Source of the DNA: Fonticula alba ATCC 38817
Lineage: Eukaryota; Protista; Nucleariida
Assembly (NCBI GenBank): GCA_000388065.2
Contig: KB932204.1
Direction: 5' to 3' (one strand)
Length of the DNA stretch: 64,000 nt
Position 1 is the first letter of the stretch, and each line of letters opens with the position of its first letter. The notes under the pieces are model-generated. The model worked only from the letters and a program-made list of their open reading frames with translations, searched no databases and had not been told where the DNA came from. Shown piece after piece: positions 11,101-23,447 of this stretch. A program made the translations under genes and the position numbers.

Positions 11101-14100
11101 CCGTGGCCATCAGCCCGGCCGAGGGGCTGGCGTGGGAGTTCATGCGGAAGGTGAACCCCTGATCCAGGCGCACAGACAGCCGGTCCCGGGCAGCCAGACC
11201 GGCCCCGGCCTGGGAGATGTCCAAGTGAAGAGACACCGAGTCGAAGGTGGCTGAGGCAAACCCGGCCGGGGAGGATGCGCGGGTCAACATGGTGGCGAAG
11301 AGCGGCTGCGCCTCCGGCAAGCCAAATTGCGGGGGGGGGGGGGGGGGGGGATCTCATCCTCGCACTCCCCCCACCCCATAGTCACCTCTCTCGGGGGCCG
11401 CCGCACAGCACACCGGCCCGCGCGCCGCCTGTCCGTTGTGGGTTGGTCCCTCCTCCCGGGGGGGGGCGGAAGGGAGGCATATGGCAGGCCGCGAAAAGAC
11501 CGGGGGCAAAGGCGAAAAAAAAAAGAAAGAAGAAGCCCCGACGCACCATTCATCAGGAAGCGAATGCAGCCGACGGGAACCAAAAAGAGGTTGGACAGCT
11601 CATTGAAAAGGGACATGCTCTCGGGCTGGTCAGACAGGAGATCCCCCTCGAAGAGGAGATCCCCCTCCGGCAGGTCGGCCGAGGGGGTGCCGGCCGTCGG
11701 GCTGGAGCTCAGTAGATGGGCCAGCGATTCCGACGTCAGGGACAGCGAGGAGAGGGCATCGTAGAACACTTCATCATAGTCGTCATCCTCCTCGTCGGTG
11801 CTGTCGTCGGGGCCCGTGTCCGGGGGAGACGGCGCCCGGGAGCCGGGGGTGCTGGCATGGCCCGGCTCCGGCACAACGCCAGCCGCACAGCCGGCTTCAT
11901 TGCCACGGGCAGGCGCGGTCAAGGGGCCGGGGGAATCCGGCCCGGCCAGCTCGTCGCCCGGGCCGGCGGCCAAGCTGGCCCGGTGAACCGCCGATGACAG
12001 GGCATCCAGATTGGTGCTCTGCCGGGAGGCTCGACCGGGGCGCTGCTTGGGCGAGGCCTTTTGAGATTGTCCTGGTTTTTTTTTTTTTCCCCCGCCCCCC
12101 GAGAAGATACGACAGCGCTGCGGTCAATAGCCGGAAAAGGGGGGGGGGGGAGACACAGTGGACACCGGACACCGGCCGCCCAAAGGCGGATGCCCCATTG
12201 ACGTACCCCGAATCCGGTGGAATTCATTGCGAAGCATGCGTCTGATGGTGGCCTGGCGACTGTGCACAGGTAGCCGGCATGGCCGCCGGGCGACGCGCAG
12301 CCAGGAGAGGCAGGGAAGAGGGGTCCTCGCCGAGGGTTAGGGATCCAAGAACCGGGGAGGGAGAGGAAGAGGGAGAGAGGAAGAGGGAGAGAGATTCACG
12401 TGTGGGGCCATTCGCGGGGTCGCACCGGCCCGAGGAGCTTTCAAACACTGGCCGCAGAGAGAAGGCCTGGTCGAAGGAGAACGCCGAAGGGGCACCTCCA
12501 CCCGGGGGCGCGTGGGTGCCCATGTCGGAATCCTGCGGATGGACCGGCATGAAGGAAGACTGCCCGAGATCGCCGACAGTGCCGAGGCCATGCATGGAGC
12601 TCATGGCCGACCCGGCCATGAAGCTGGACGCATTGTACAGGGACATCAGCCGACTAGGGTCAATGCTGACGGAGTTCAGGGCAATCGAGGACCGAACCGA
12701 TGGGGCCATGTAGAGCAGACTCATGAGGGAGTTCAGGCCCGGAGGCTGCTGGTGCAGTGGGTCGCCCCCGGGCGGGGGGGCGATGAAGCTGCGCAGGAAT
12801 CCCCCGGCCGCCACGGGCCCAGATTGGAAGCACCTCCGGCAGGCGGCTGACTGGTGGGCGGATTCCTGGCAGGCGCAGGTTGCCGTGGCGGCGGCCGCAT
12901 CGGCCAACCGGGAGAACCGGCTGAGGATCGCCAGCTGCCGGAGACCGACATACGATCGGACAGGCTGCCAGGCGCGGGTCGACGCATTGAAAGCAGTGAG
13001 GGCCGCGGGGTGAGTGCCATGTATGGAGGCAGAAAGGGGCGTGGAGGGGAGAAGGGGAGGGGGGGGCATGTTGCAGGTCGCGGCGAGGCGAGGCGAGGCG
13101 AGGCAAGCTCAGGCGGGTCGGATGGCAGGCGGAAGAAGAGCAGGGGACAAAGGGGAGGAGGGAGGGAAGCAGGCTGGGGCGCGGTCGGCTCGTACTCCCA
13201 CTTTCAGGTCGAAGCCCACCTCGAAGGAGGGCGCGCGCTGGGACAGGAGCGGGAAGAAGCCGGCCTGCTCGGCGCCGAGGGAAGCCGCCGACCGAGCCAG
13301 GCAGAGGGACATGCTGATGCTGGGGACTGGGGAAACCAGCGGATCGAATGGCCAGATGTGCTCCGGGGTGGAGGTCGGACGCAGGGGGTCCACCCAAACA
13401 AGCGGTCGCTCGGCATCTGCGTCGGCCGAGTCAGCCGCACGACCTTCCGGCGAGGGGGACCCGCCCGCGGCGGGCCCTCGTGGAACGCCCGGCTGTCCAA
13501 CAGCAATGTCATCCAACCACACCGACACCCCATTCAGGTGGGTGGTCAGCTGGCAGAAGGGCCGGAATTGGGGGCCCTGGGCCGGCTCGGCAGGGGGGTC
13601 GGCATCCGTTTGAGGCTCGCCGCCGGTTCGGCCGGCGGAAAAGCGATCAAGCCGGACCCCGGCCCGGGCGAGGGGCGAAAAGGCCGACAGCGAGCCGACC
13701 GCGGAGGCCGCCTCAATTTGGGCAAGAGTCATGGCATGGCACAGGTGCACGCTGAGCTCCAGGTCGCTGAGGCAGATCTTGGGACCCGGGCCGAGCAGGG
13801 GCCAGGGGAGAGGGGAGGGCGAGGGTGCAAAGGGGTGGCCAGGAGTCAGTGACACATGCATGGGGGGGGGGGGGGGGGCGGGGGTGCCAGCCAAGCCGAC
13901 AACCGGGGGGACATCTTGCCGATCCGATGCATGGACCAGCACACTCCTGGCTCGAGGGTACCTGGAGATTGTTCAGAGTCCGGTCCAGCAGCCAGCCAAG
14001 GATCGACACGCCAGAGGTAATCATTTCGGCCGGATCATCGGTCCCCGGGGCCGGGGGAGCGGCAGAGGACAGGGCCGCCGGCTTGACCAAGTCCCGCACC

Positions 14101-14228
14101 GGAACCATGACCAGGGTGACATGGGCGTTCTCCATGCCGGCAAAAAAGGTGTCTGGAGCGCAGGAACATGGGATTCACAAGTCCAGTGAGTTAGAGTGCC
14201 CCACGTAAAGATATGCATGTGCGCGCGC

Positions 14229-14295
<67 letters not shown>

Positions 14296-14848
14296 GGCGG
14301 GGGAGGAGGAAGGCAAAGCAGAGGAGAACCGCCGCACCCGAGAAGAAAGATCGCCACGGGACTTTGAGAGAGATCTTGTCCACACCGGAGGAGATAATCT
14401 GGAAGCAGAAGCCCGATTCGCCGACGGCCTCCGGCTGACGCAAGAGGGCATTGATGCGCGCCTGGTTCAGGGTGATGTGGCGAAGCTCGCCATCGATCTG
14501 GGCAGGCAAAGGGTCAGTCGGAAGGGCGAGGACCGGAGGAGGGGGGGAGGGGACATCGGGCGGGTGTCAGTTCCAGCACCAGGGCAGGAAGCCGCGCTGA
14601 GGTCCACGCACGCGGAGGAAGTCCACGCCGACCACCACGCCGTAGTTGTTCTTCTCATCGGTGAAGTCGATCCACATGCCAAGGCCACGCTTGACCAGGC
14701 GCATGAGCACGCTGCGCCAAAGGTTGTTGGCCGCCCAGGCAAGTCCCCAGCCATTGCTCGATACCTGCGGCGGGGGTTGCGGATGCAGGCCCATCATAGG
14801 GAGAGGGGGCGCTGCTTGAGCGGCGCTGTCAAACTCGGAGAAGGTCAT
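4284..14848 (-). CDS. ATG2: Autophagy lipid-transfer protein ATG2, multi-exon, with many Gly/Pro/Ala insertions
   Basis: Chorein_N-like start across exons 14848-14612 and 14497-14338: SVLMRLVKRGLGMWID…IDGELRHITLNQARINALL…FQIISSGVDKISLKVPWRSFFS|DTFFAGMENAHVTLVMVP. ATG2-type C-terminal motifs: LVVRFRGLRVDW…RLVLHEILVYGN, LSVYIDADAVDFLASL (cf. LRLNVDQDALFFL) and GVARGAMSAATST|GRRAVSMAPELLQGI (cf. GLQRGAASFGSSTASAALELSNRLVQAI). Last intron 4477-4673 (GTGCGT…CCCAG); stop TAG 4284-4286. Internal exon boundaries only partly resolved. Confidence 0.88.
14231..14294. repeat. (GT)n/(CA)n microsatellite, about 32 units, in ATG2 intron 2
   Basis: Read directly. Confidence 0.95.
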
Positions 14849-16514
14849 GCTGCAGCCAGGGGAAGGGAGGAGGGGGGACAAAGTCGGGGGAGGGGGTGAG
14901 CAGGGGAAGGTACGCAGGCAGGGGGGCGCCTAGTGTGAGATTCCGGTCAAAGCCGGTGGGGGGGGGGGGGGAGGACAGCGGATGCGCACCCGAGATTGCT
15001 GCCGGAGGCAGGTGGCTGGGCGGTGGCTGGATCCAGGAAGCATTCCGACGAGTTGCCATTCAAATTAACCACCGCGGACGCCGAGGGAGGGGCATCCTCC
15101 TCCGGGGTGGGGGATCGAACGGGGTCCATGGGATCACCCGGGGAGCGGGGAGCAGGAGCGGGGCGGGAGGTGCCGGATCCGGAGGTGCGAGGGAGCTGGG
15201 TCGGGAGGGCGGGGAGCAGGAACAGTGGCAGGAGGAGAGGGGGGGAGGGGTGGTCGTTGGCGCCGCCGGGGGGCGCCTCCAGGCCAAGCCGGGCCGTGAA
15301 ATACCCGGCAGGGCATCTGGATGGATGGATGGATGTGTGGGGGCGGGGCGGGGCGGGGCGCCGGGGGGGGCCCCCCGGAGAGCCGGCTCGAGCCCAGATG
15401 TTCCAAACAACCGGCCCCCCCCCCCCTCAAACAATTCATTGCGCGATCGGCGCGCCGGCGAAGGTGCCGGGGCTTGGGCCAGGGGCATTTGGTCGAAGCA
15501 GCGCTCCCAGGAACATGGCTGAACCGAACACGAAATTAAGACCTTTTCAACGCGCTCATCGCCTTCGCCGCTCCCCCTCCCCCAAGGGGTGCGGCGTGCA
15601 GACGGCCGCGGAAACGGACGACCCCGGTCTCCGTCCTGAGGAGCCCCTGGTCGATTGTCGCGCCGGTGGCACACGTACCAACGACGTGCCACCTTCGCCC
15701 CGCCCCCCCCCGGGCTGGCCGTGATCGGGAAGTGGCAGATCCAGGGATCGGCCGGTGCGGAGCGCGGACACGTAAATGCCCGCCGGCCGGCCCTTTGTGC
15801 CCCCCTCCCTGCACATTTTTCACCCCACCCCGCGCGCATTCTTCCCAGGTGCTGCGGGAGGCCCGACGACGCGTCCGGATGGTAGCCAGGTGGAGTGCCT
15901 TTGATGGTGGCATCGCCGGCCCTCCGGTCGCTCTCTCTGCTCGCTGTCTCTGCTCGCTGTCCCTGCTCGCTCTCACTGTCGCTGTGCTCACTCGGGAAAG
16001 TACCCCCCGAGGAGCCTGCAAAGAGGCCCACACACCCCTGGCCCGTGGGATGCCACATTTGTGAGGTCACATTCGGAGGCACATTTTCTTCGGCGCCCAA
16101 AGATACATACGCAAATGCGTATTCGGGCGAGGGTTCTACGTAATCCCGGAATGCCAACGGATCGCCGGCCATTTGCCCGCGCCTGAGCCGCTTTTTTGAA
16201 CTTCCCCGCCGGCTAGCGATCAGGCATCCCCCCTTGGGTGGTCCTTTCGTTCTTCGGGGGGTGCGTGTGTTTCCCGGCCGGACGGAGGATGCCTCGAACG
16301 GGGACCGACCAATGCCGGCTAAGGGGCTCGCTCCCCGGGCGGGGGCAGCTCGGCGAACGGTCCAAGTGCCACTCGGGAGGCGGGCCGATCGAGCGCCAGC
16401 GAGGTGACCATGACCCCTCCCCCGTCCCCCCCCCCTGCCTAGCTCGCCCTCACACTGCTCTCTCTGGCTCCTTTTCGCCACGTCTGACGCCTGCCGTCCT
16501 GGTGACCCATCCGA

Positions 16515-17826
16515 ATGGGCGATCTGCCGCAGCAGGCGCGCAGTCCGCGCACCCCTGGCAGGTCGCCCTCTTTCGATGCGGGGCGTCTTCGTCAGCCGGG
16601 ACAACATCCGCCCCGTGAAGTCCGCAAGTCGGTGGAGGTGCGTCTCGCTGGGGGTTCTCTCTCTCTCTCTCTCTCTCCGGGAATTGCCGTCGCCGGTTGC
16701 CGCATCGGCTTCCTCCTGACCGCCGGACCTTTAACATGGGCTCCCCCCCCCCCCCCCCCCCCCCCCCCCCCTGCAGCAACTCCAACACTACCTGTCCTCC
16801 AAGGAGCAGGGACAAGTCCGATCGCAGGAGCTCCATGCCCTGGCGGGCTATCTGTATCAGCCGTACTTCCTGCACAGTCCGCGCTTCGCCGAGGCCGGGC
16901 CGGCATCGCCCTTGCTGGAGGGCAACACGGGCCCGTGGGCCGAGCCGCCGCGCGCGCACGCCGACCTCGGCACTCGCCAGCTGGTGGCCTGCTGCCTGGT
17001 GGATGTCCTCATTTTGTCGGCCCCGGAGCCGCCATTCCCCGATGGTCCGACCGGGCTGCTGCGTGTCATGCGGCTGCTGGTGGATTGTCTGCTGCGCTTC
17101 GAGGCGCCGGCGGGTCCCGGCTCCGCGGACGCTGGCGCCGACATCCAGGGACAGCCCAATCGCCGGGACGCCTATCTCCTTGGGCGGCTGGCTCTGAGCC
17201 ACTCATTGGCCATCCTGCCGGCATTGCGTGACGATCCCGAGGCTCTGGCCGGGCCGCCCGGCCCCTCGGGCATGGCCCAGCCCGTTGGCCGGCATGTGGC
17301 TGCCGAGGCCGACCGGCTGGTGGCCTGCGCCCTGGCCGGCCTGCTGGGGCTCCTTCGGCGCTTGGCTCAAAGTGGCGGGGCCGATCCGCACCGCCTCCGC
17401 GAGGCAGCCTACGAATGTGCCGAGCAGCTGATCGCCGAAGGGGACCTTGTTCCGGCGCTGCTGGTGGACATGCTGCTGCTGGACAATCTGGCTGACATGT
17501 GCGGGATCCTGGCCCGCGGCATGGGGGACGCCGTGCCCCCGGCCGGGGGGGCTTTCCCCTGCCACCAGTGCCTCGGCCCGGTGACGGAGGGCACACCCTC
17601 GCCCAGCATGGAGGACTTCCTCTGACGACTGTCTCTGCTGTCCGGCCGGGTGGCCCCCGGGCCGGCGACCTCCCTGGAGCCGGGCTTCATCCGGTGCTCC
17701 TGCTTTGCCGGCTACTGCGCTCGGTCGCTGGCCGGATCGCTGGTCACCAGGCGCCTCTTCCGCGCGCTTTGGGACATTCTCGGACCCCACGTTGAGCAGG
17801 TGCGCCTTTCGCCCGCCCGTGCACAT

Positions 17827-17880
<54 letters not shown>

Positions 17881-20800
17881 CCAAGAGGATCCCTCACCGG
17901 CTATGGGCAGTGGCTGCTCGCCTCGTCGGCCAGCTCTCGTCCGGATGCTCGCATGGTGGCTGACGCGCCGGCCATGCCCGGCAGGCACCTCCCCCGGCAT
18001 GTGGTGAAAATGCGCATTCTAACAAGTCTCCCCCCTCTCCCCGCCCCGGTGCCCTGGAACACACACCCACTTCGATCGCGTCGGGAAACCCCCCACCCAG
18101 CGTTGCTCGAATCTCCTGGCTCCCGGGCCCCATGCATCGGCTGGCGATGCGCCTGTTGCCCCGGCACTGCCCCTGCCGACTCTCCTGCGGCGGCTTCCTG
18201 CCTTGCTGACCGGTGAGCCTGGGCTGCCGCCGGTGCTGGTCCATGCCCTTGGCGCGCGTGCGGCCTTTGTCGAGGGGGTCCTCCGCGTGCACCTTGGTGC
18301 TGGGGTCTTGCTGCCGGCTGGGATTCCCGCCGGGCCAACCTGTGCCGGACTCCTGGTAGCCGGCATGCTTGTGGGCCCTGGCGATCTGGCGGACCTGCTG
18401 CATGGGCTCACGGTGCGATCGGCCATCTTCACCGACACCGAGGATCCCCTGCGCCTTGACCGCTGTCCATGGGGAGACAGTCCGGGCACCTCGCCAGGGC
18501 AGCTGGCTCCCAGACCGGTGCGGCTCTTTTCCCGGGCTCTGCTCGCTGCGCCGGGGCTGTCGCGCGGCCTGTTGCTCGCGCTGCTGGTGCTGCAGCGATC
18601 TCCGGCAGCCTGGCAGCGTGGGCTCAGCTGCGGTTTGCTGGCCGGGCTGCTGGGCTGCGAGTCTTTCCATCGGGCACAATCGGCGCCGGTGATGGTCGGA
18701 GCCATGGCGCCCGACCAGTCCCCCGGCGACTTGGCCCTGGCGGTGGGGGCCAAATTCGAGCATCTCGTCTGGCCGCTGCTCTTCGAGCGCCTGCGTGATC
18801 GGGATGTCTGGGTGCGCGCGGTGGCCGCCTCCTGGCTGGGGCGTTTGGTTCGGAAGCTTGTGACCGGTGGCGGGACGGAGTCGGGGCCGGAGGCCTTGCT
18901 CCGGCGCTTGGTCGGCCCCGGTGGCCAGTCGGCCACCTTGCGGGACCTGGGCCCGGGGGTCCGGCTGCTGGTGCAGGCATCGGGCGACACGGCCGACCGG
19001 GTCCGCCTGCAAGCCACCACCACCTTGGCCAGCTTCCTGGATGCGTTGCTCCAACAGGCAGACCGGCGGGCGGGCGGCTGGCTGGGGGCGTCTTTGCGGC
19101 GCGCCTTCGCCGAGCCGGCCCCGCCGGCCGGCGACCCGGCGCCCGGCGGCCTCCCCCCGGTCGAGGGCACCGAGGGGGCTCGCAGCACCGGCATGCGGCC
19201 ATGCTTGGCCTCGGTTGTCACGCGGCTGGCGGATTCCTGCCTCCAAGCGGAGGATATCCCCTCGGCCGCCGGCGCCGGCCGGGCACTGCATCGGCTGCTG
19301 ACGCTGATGCTGGTGCTGCCGGGCGGCGCGGCCGCCCCCACCGGGCCCGAGGTCCTGCGAGAGCTCCTCTGTCGTGATCCGCTTGGGGGCTTCTGCCGGG
19401 AGTGCCACATCCCGGCGTGTGGTCGCTTGCTGGCCGGCCGGCTGGCCGGCCTGAGCGCGGCCCGGGGGCTGGCGACGCGCGCGGCCTTCGGGCTGGCTTT
19501 CCCCTGGCCCGGAGCCACGGCCGCGGGCCGCGCCTCGGCCGACGCCGGCGACCCTGGGGCCGCGATTGGCTGGCTCCTGGCACGACTGGACCCGGAGCAG
19601 CAGCAGCAGCTGGCCCGGGGCACCGGGCGCCGGGAGGCCGAGGCCAGCGCCGCGCTGCTTCGCTGCCTGGCCATCGGGGAGGCGGTTCTCCGGGCGGATC
19701 CCGGGGCGCCACTGCCCGAGGCCCTGCAGGCGCAGTTGGCACGGGCGGGCTCGGCCCCCGCCGGGCCGGATGACCCTCGCCGGCGTCGTCAGCAACTTTT
19801 GCTGGCCTTCCAGGGGGACCTGGCCCGCGGGCTCGGCAGCGACCTCGGCGCACGGCACATGGGTCGCCTGGTGCTGCTGGCCGCGGAGGAGCGCCGGCAA
19901 ACCGGCCGGACGCTGGCCATCCCGGCGGCCTTGCCCCCGCCCGGGGGCTGGTTCCTCCCGGGCTGGACCCCGGTTCAGGTGCTGGAGGTGGTCCTCGGCC
20001 GGGGGAGTCTCAGCCGGGAGGCGCTGGGCCAGGCGCGTGAGCGCCTGCGCCTGTTGGCCGGCCTTCGGCCGGACGACCCGGCGGCCGAGGCGCTGCCGGG
20101 GTCCGGGCCGCCGCGCTTCCTGTCCGCCTCGGCGGCCGGATACCTGCACGCGCTTTTGGGGGTGGGCTTCCCGCAGGAGGCCCTGACCGAGGCATTGGCC
20201 CATGGGCCGAGCCAGGCTCGGGAGTCCCTGTGGCGGCTGGCTGGCGGGCTGCTGGTCATGTGGCCGGCGGTGGGGCTCGGTCGCCAGGCCGACGCCCCGC
20301 TGCTGGATGCCGCCGTGTCGTGGCTTGCCCGGCCGGCTGCCGGTGCGGATGCCCTGGAAGCCGGCCTGGCCGTGGCAGCGGCCTGCCTGGGCGAGGGAGC
20401 GGCCGAGCCCGAGCGGCGCCTGGTCCTCGGCCTGCATGCGGCGCTGGCGGGCCTGCTCGGCCGGGGTGACGCGGCCGGGCCCTGGGGCGTCCTCTCGCGC
20501 CGGGGCCTGGTCCATATGTACCGGTGCGTGCGCCGGAGCATGCCCCGGGCCCCGGGTCACCGGCCGGACCTGGCCGCCTGCAGCCTGCTCTTTGCCCTGG
20601 TGGACCGGGTCCTGGAGGAAAGTGACATCGTCGGGCTGGATGCCCTGTGGGCGGCGGATCCGGTCGCCGCGGCGGAGTTCCTCTGTCACCCGGGGCTTTT
20701 TGGTCGAACTGCCCGGGTGCTATTGAGCTGCCTGGCCACCGGGCCGGGCGACGCGGAACGCTGGTCCGAGGGGGCGGACTTGCCCGGGGCCGGGTCGGCA

Positions 20801-22885
20801 TTGCTCCGGCCGGCGGATCGCCTGGCCGGCCGGGTGGCAGCCCCGGCCGGGCCCTGGGCCTCGCTGGCCGGCCGGGCCGAGGCCTGCCTGCTGGCGCTGT
20901 TGGCGCTGCGGCGCGCGGCGCAGGTGGCCGTGACCGCCGGCGAGGGCACGCCGCCCGGGGTGTGGCTGGACTGCTCGGCGGCCACCGACCGCATTGTCGG
21001 CGGCCCACCGGCGGCTGGGACCATGGACACGGTCCGCCGGCATGCCCTGCAGCTGGGCCAGCTGTTTGTGCAATACGCCACGGCCCTCTGCCAGAGCCCG
21101 CTGGCGGTCGGCCGCGGGACAATGGCCCCGTCCATGGGGCCCGATGCGGCCATGGCCGCGCGACTGACGGCCTTCCACCTGGTGCGCATGCGCGCGGCTG
21201 GCGAGCTGCTCCGGCTCCTTTGGTCCTCCGGCTCGGGCAGCGATGACTCGGGCCCGGCGCCGCTGGCGGTCCTGTCCCGCGTGGCCCTGTTGGCCGTCGC
21301 CCAGCCAGGCGACCTGGCCGGGGGCCTGCTGGCACATGTGGCCACCACCGGCGGCGGGTACTACGTGGCCCTGGCCGCTTGGCCGGACGGCCCGGGGGAC
21401 CCGCCGGACACGGGCCCCATCGATGGCCCGGACCATGGCCGGCCTTTGAGGGAGCTCCGCCGGTGCTTGGTCACCCGGGCGGTGGCTCACCCGGCGGCCG
21501 ACCGGCGCCTGCTGGCCCTCCTGCCGCTGGCCCTCTGCGAGCCGGTCCCGGTGCTCCTGCTTCCGGATGCCCCCGGAGAGGACCCCCTGTCGGGGGACAT
21601 TCACCCGGGGCCCTGGCCGGGGCTGGACCTGGCCGCGGGGATGGGGCTCTCCTGTCACCCGGCCACCGGGGCCCTGTGTCGGCTGCTGGGCCGTCGGCGC
21701 CTGTGGGCTCGCAGTCGGGCCACCGTGCCGCTGCTGCCGGAATTCGCCCTCCAGTATACGCTGGTCTATTTGGCCACCTGCTCGGTGAACTTGTGTGCCA
21801 GCTCCCTGGCCCCGGGGCCGAGCGCCCGGCCCGGCCACCTGCCCGGCGGCGATCCCGCCTGCTTGAGCTTGACCCTCTGCGCGGAGATCGGCGTGTCACG
21901 GTACTTCCTGGCCCAGCACTCGTTCTTGCTCGGGCCGCTGCTGCTGGTGCTGGAGGGGCTGTGCGCGGAGCCGGCCCCCGGCGGCTCGAGCACCGAGCGT
22001 CTGCTTGAGGATCTGCTGGCAGCAGGCCGCACAGCCGGCCCCATCGAGTCCGTGCCGCTGGACCAGCGCAGTGTCTCCCTCCTGGAGGGGCTGCTGAAGG
22101 ACCTCTCCCGGCGACGGGTGGCCCCGGCATCCGGGCCGATGGGGACCTCTTCGAGCGCGATGTCGCCCGGGGCGCCGAGCACCCCGGGCCCGGGGTCCGT
22201 GGCCGCGGGCCCGCTCACCGAGCTGGACCAACGCCTGCTGCTCCTTTGTCGAGTGGGATTGCTGCTGCTGCGGTCCTTCCGCCCTGATGCCGGGTTTAAT
22301 TGGCGCGCCGGGCCGCAGGATGCCCTGTCCCTGCTGACCGGCGGCGGTGGCACCGGCGGCGGTGGCACCGGCGACCGGGGGCCTGGCCCGCCACCGGGCC
22401 CCAGTGGCAGCGCCAGCGGCAGCGGTGACGGTGGCGGTGGCGGTGGGCCCCCGGCCCCGGCCCCGGGCCATGCGCAGCTCCTCGACCACGAGCTCCTGCC
22501 GCTGGTTGCGGATGGGACCGACGGGGCCGAGGATGATGGGGCCAATGTCGTCCGCCAGGCGGATCGCCTGGCTGCCTTGCTGCTCCTGTATCATGGGAGC
22601 GCCCAGCGCTTCCGCCAGGGAGCCATGGCCGCATCCGAGCCTGCGGCCAATTCCCCAATCCAGGAGCCGGCCCCGGGCGGGGACGGCCCCCCGGGCACGC
22701 CGCTGCCCGCACGAACGAACGCCTGGACCCCCGGGCAGCCGATGGGCCTCGGAGCGCTGGGGTCTCCGCCTCGAGGGGGGCTCTTTTCGCCCTTTGTCCA
22801 GACCGTCCGGCTTGGGCACGCGGCGCCAGGTGGCCCGGCCACCCCGGCGGCCCCGACCCCGGCCCGGAAACGCCGTCAGCTCTGA
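16515..22885 (+). CDS. PDS5: Sister chromatid cohesion protein PDS5 (HEAT repeats), multi-exon
   Basis: Exon 1 16515-16637, intron 16638-16776. Motifs DLGTRQLVACCLVDVLILSAPEPPF (cf. [25 protein letters not shown]), EQLIAEGDLVPALLVDMLLLDNL (cf. [21 protein letters not shown]), LLFERLRDRDVWVR and PLLPEFALQYTLVYLA (cf. LLPEYVVPYMIHLLA). Stop TGA 22883-22885. An in-frame TGA at 17623-17625 is unresolved (see findings). Confidence 0.88.
17827..17880. repeat. (GCAC)n tetranucleotide microsatellite in a PDS5 intron
   Basis: About 13 units after the GTGCGC donor near 17800; a shorter (GCAC)n lies near 23385-23412. Confidence 0.9.
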
Positions 22886-23447
22886 TCAGCGCCTCGCCCA
22901 CAATAGACCTTGAGTTAAGTTAAGCCCATTATGGTGGCGCCAAGAAGCTCCCTGGCGGGGGGGGGGCGGTTTCAGTCGCGCGAAGCGCGGCCGGGGCGGG
23001 CACCGGGCGGAACAGGGGAATACTGCATTGGGGGGTGGGTGCATCGATCAAGGGTGGTGGCGGTGGCGGTCAGCGACCATGCGGCTGCTTGCGCGTGCGC
23101 GCGCGCGTGTGTGTGTGTGAGAGAGCTGCGGCCTGGTGGTGTGCCTGGGCATTGGGCGGCGATCGTTCTCGCGGCGTGGCCCGCCGATCGGCAGGGTGGG
23201 CACTGGGCGCTGGAGAGGGCCCATATGTGCGGCCCCTGCACGGGCGAAAGCACGAGGGTGCGCCAAGCCGGAAGAAGCATCACTCCTCTCGCCCTTTGTC
23301 TTTTGCCCATCCTGCCCTCAGCTCGAATCCCATTCAGCCTTGCGTCTTCGGCCGGGCGCATTTCCACGCGGGCAAGCAGATACGCACGCACGCACGCACG
23401 CACACACGCACGCCGGTGCTTCCGCTCTCCGGCTCGCCCATCGCCGG

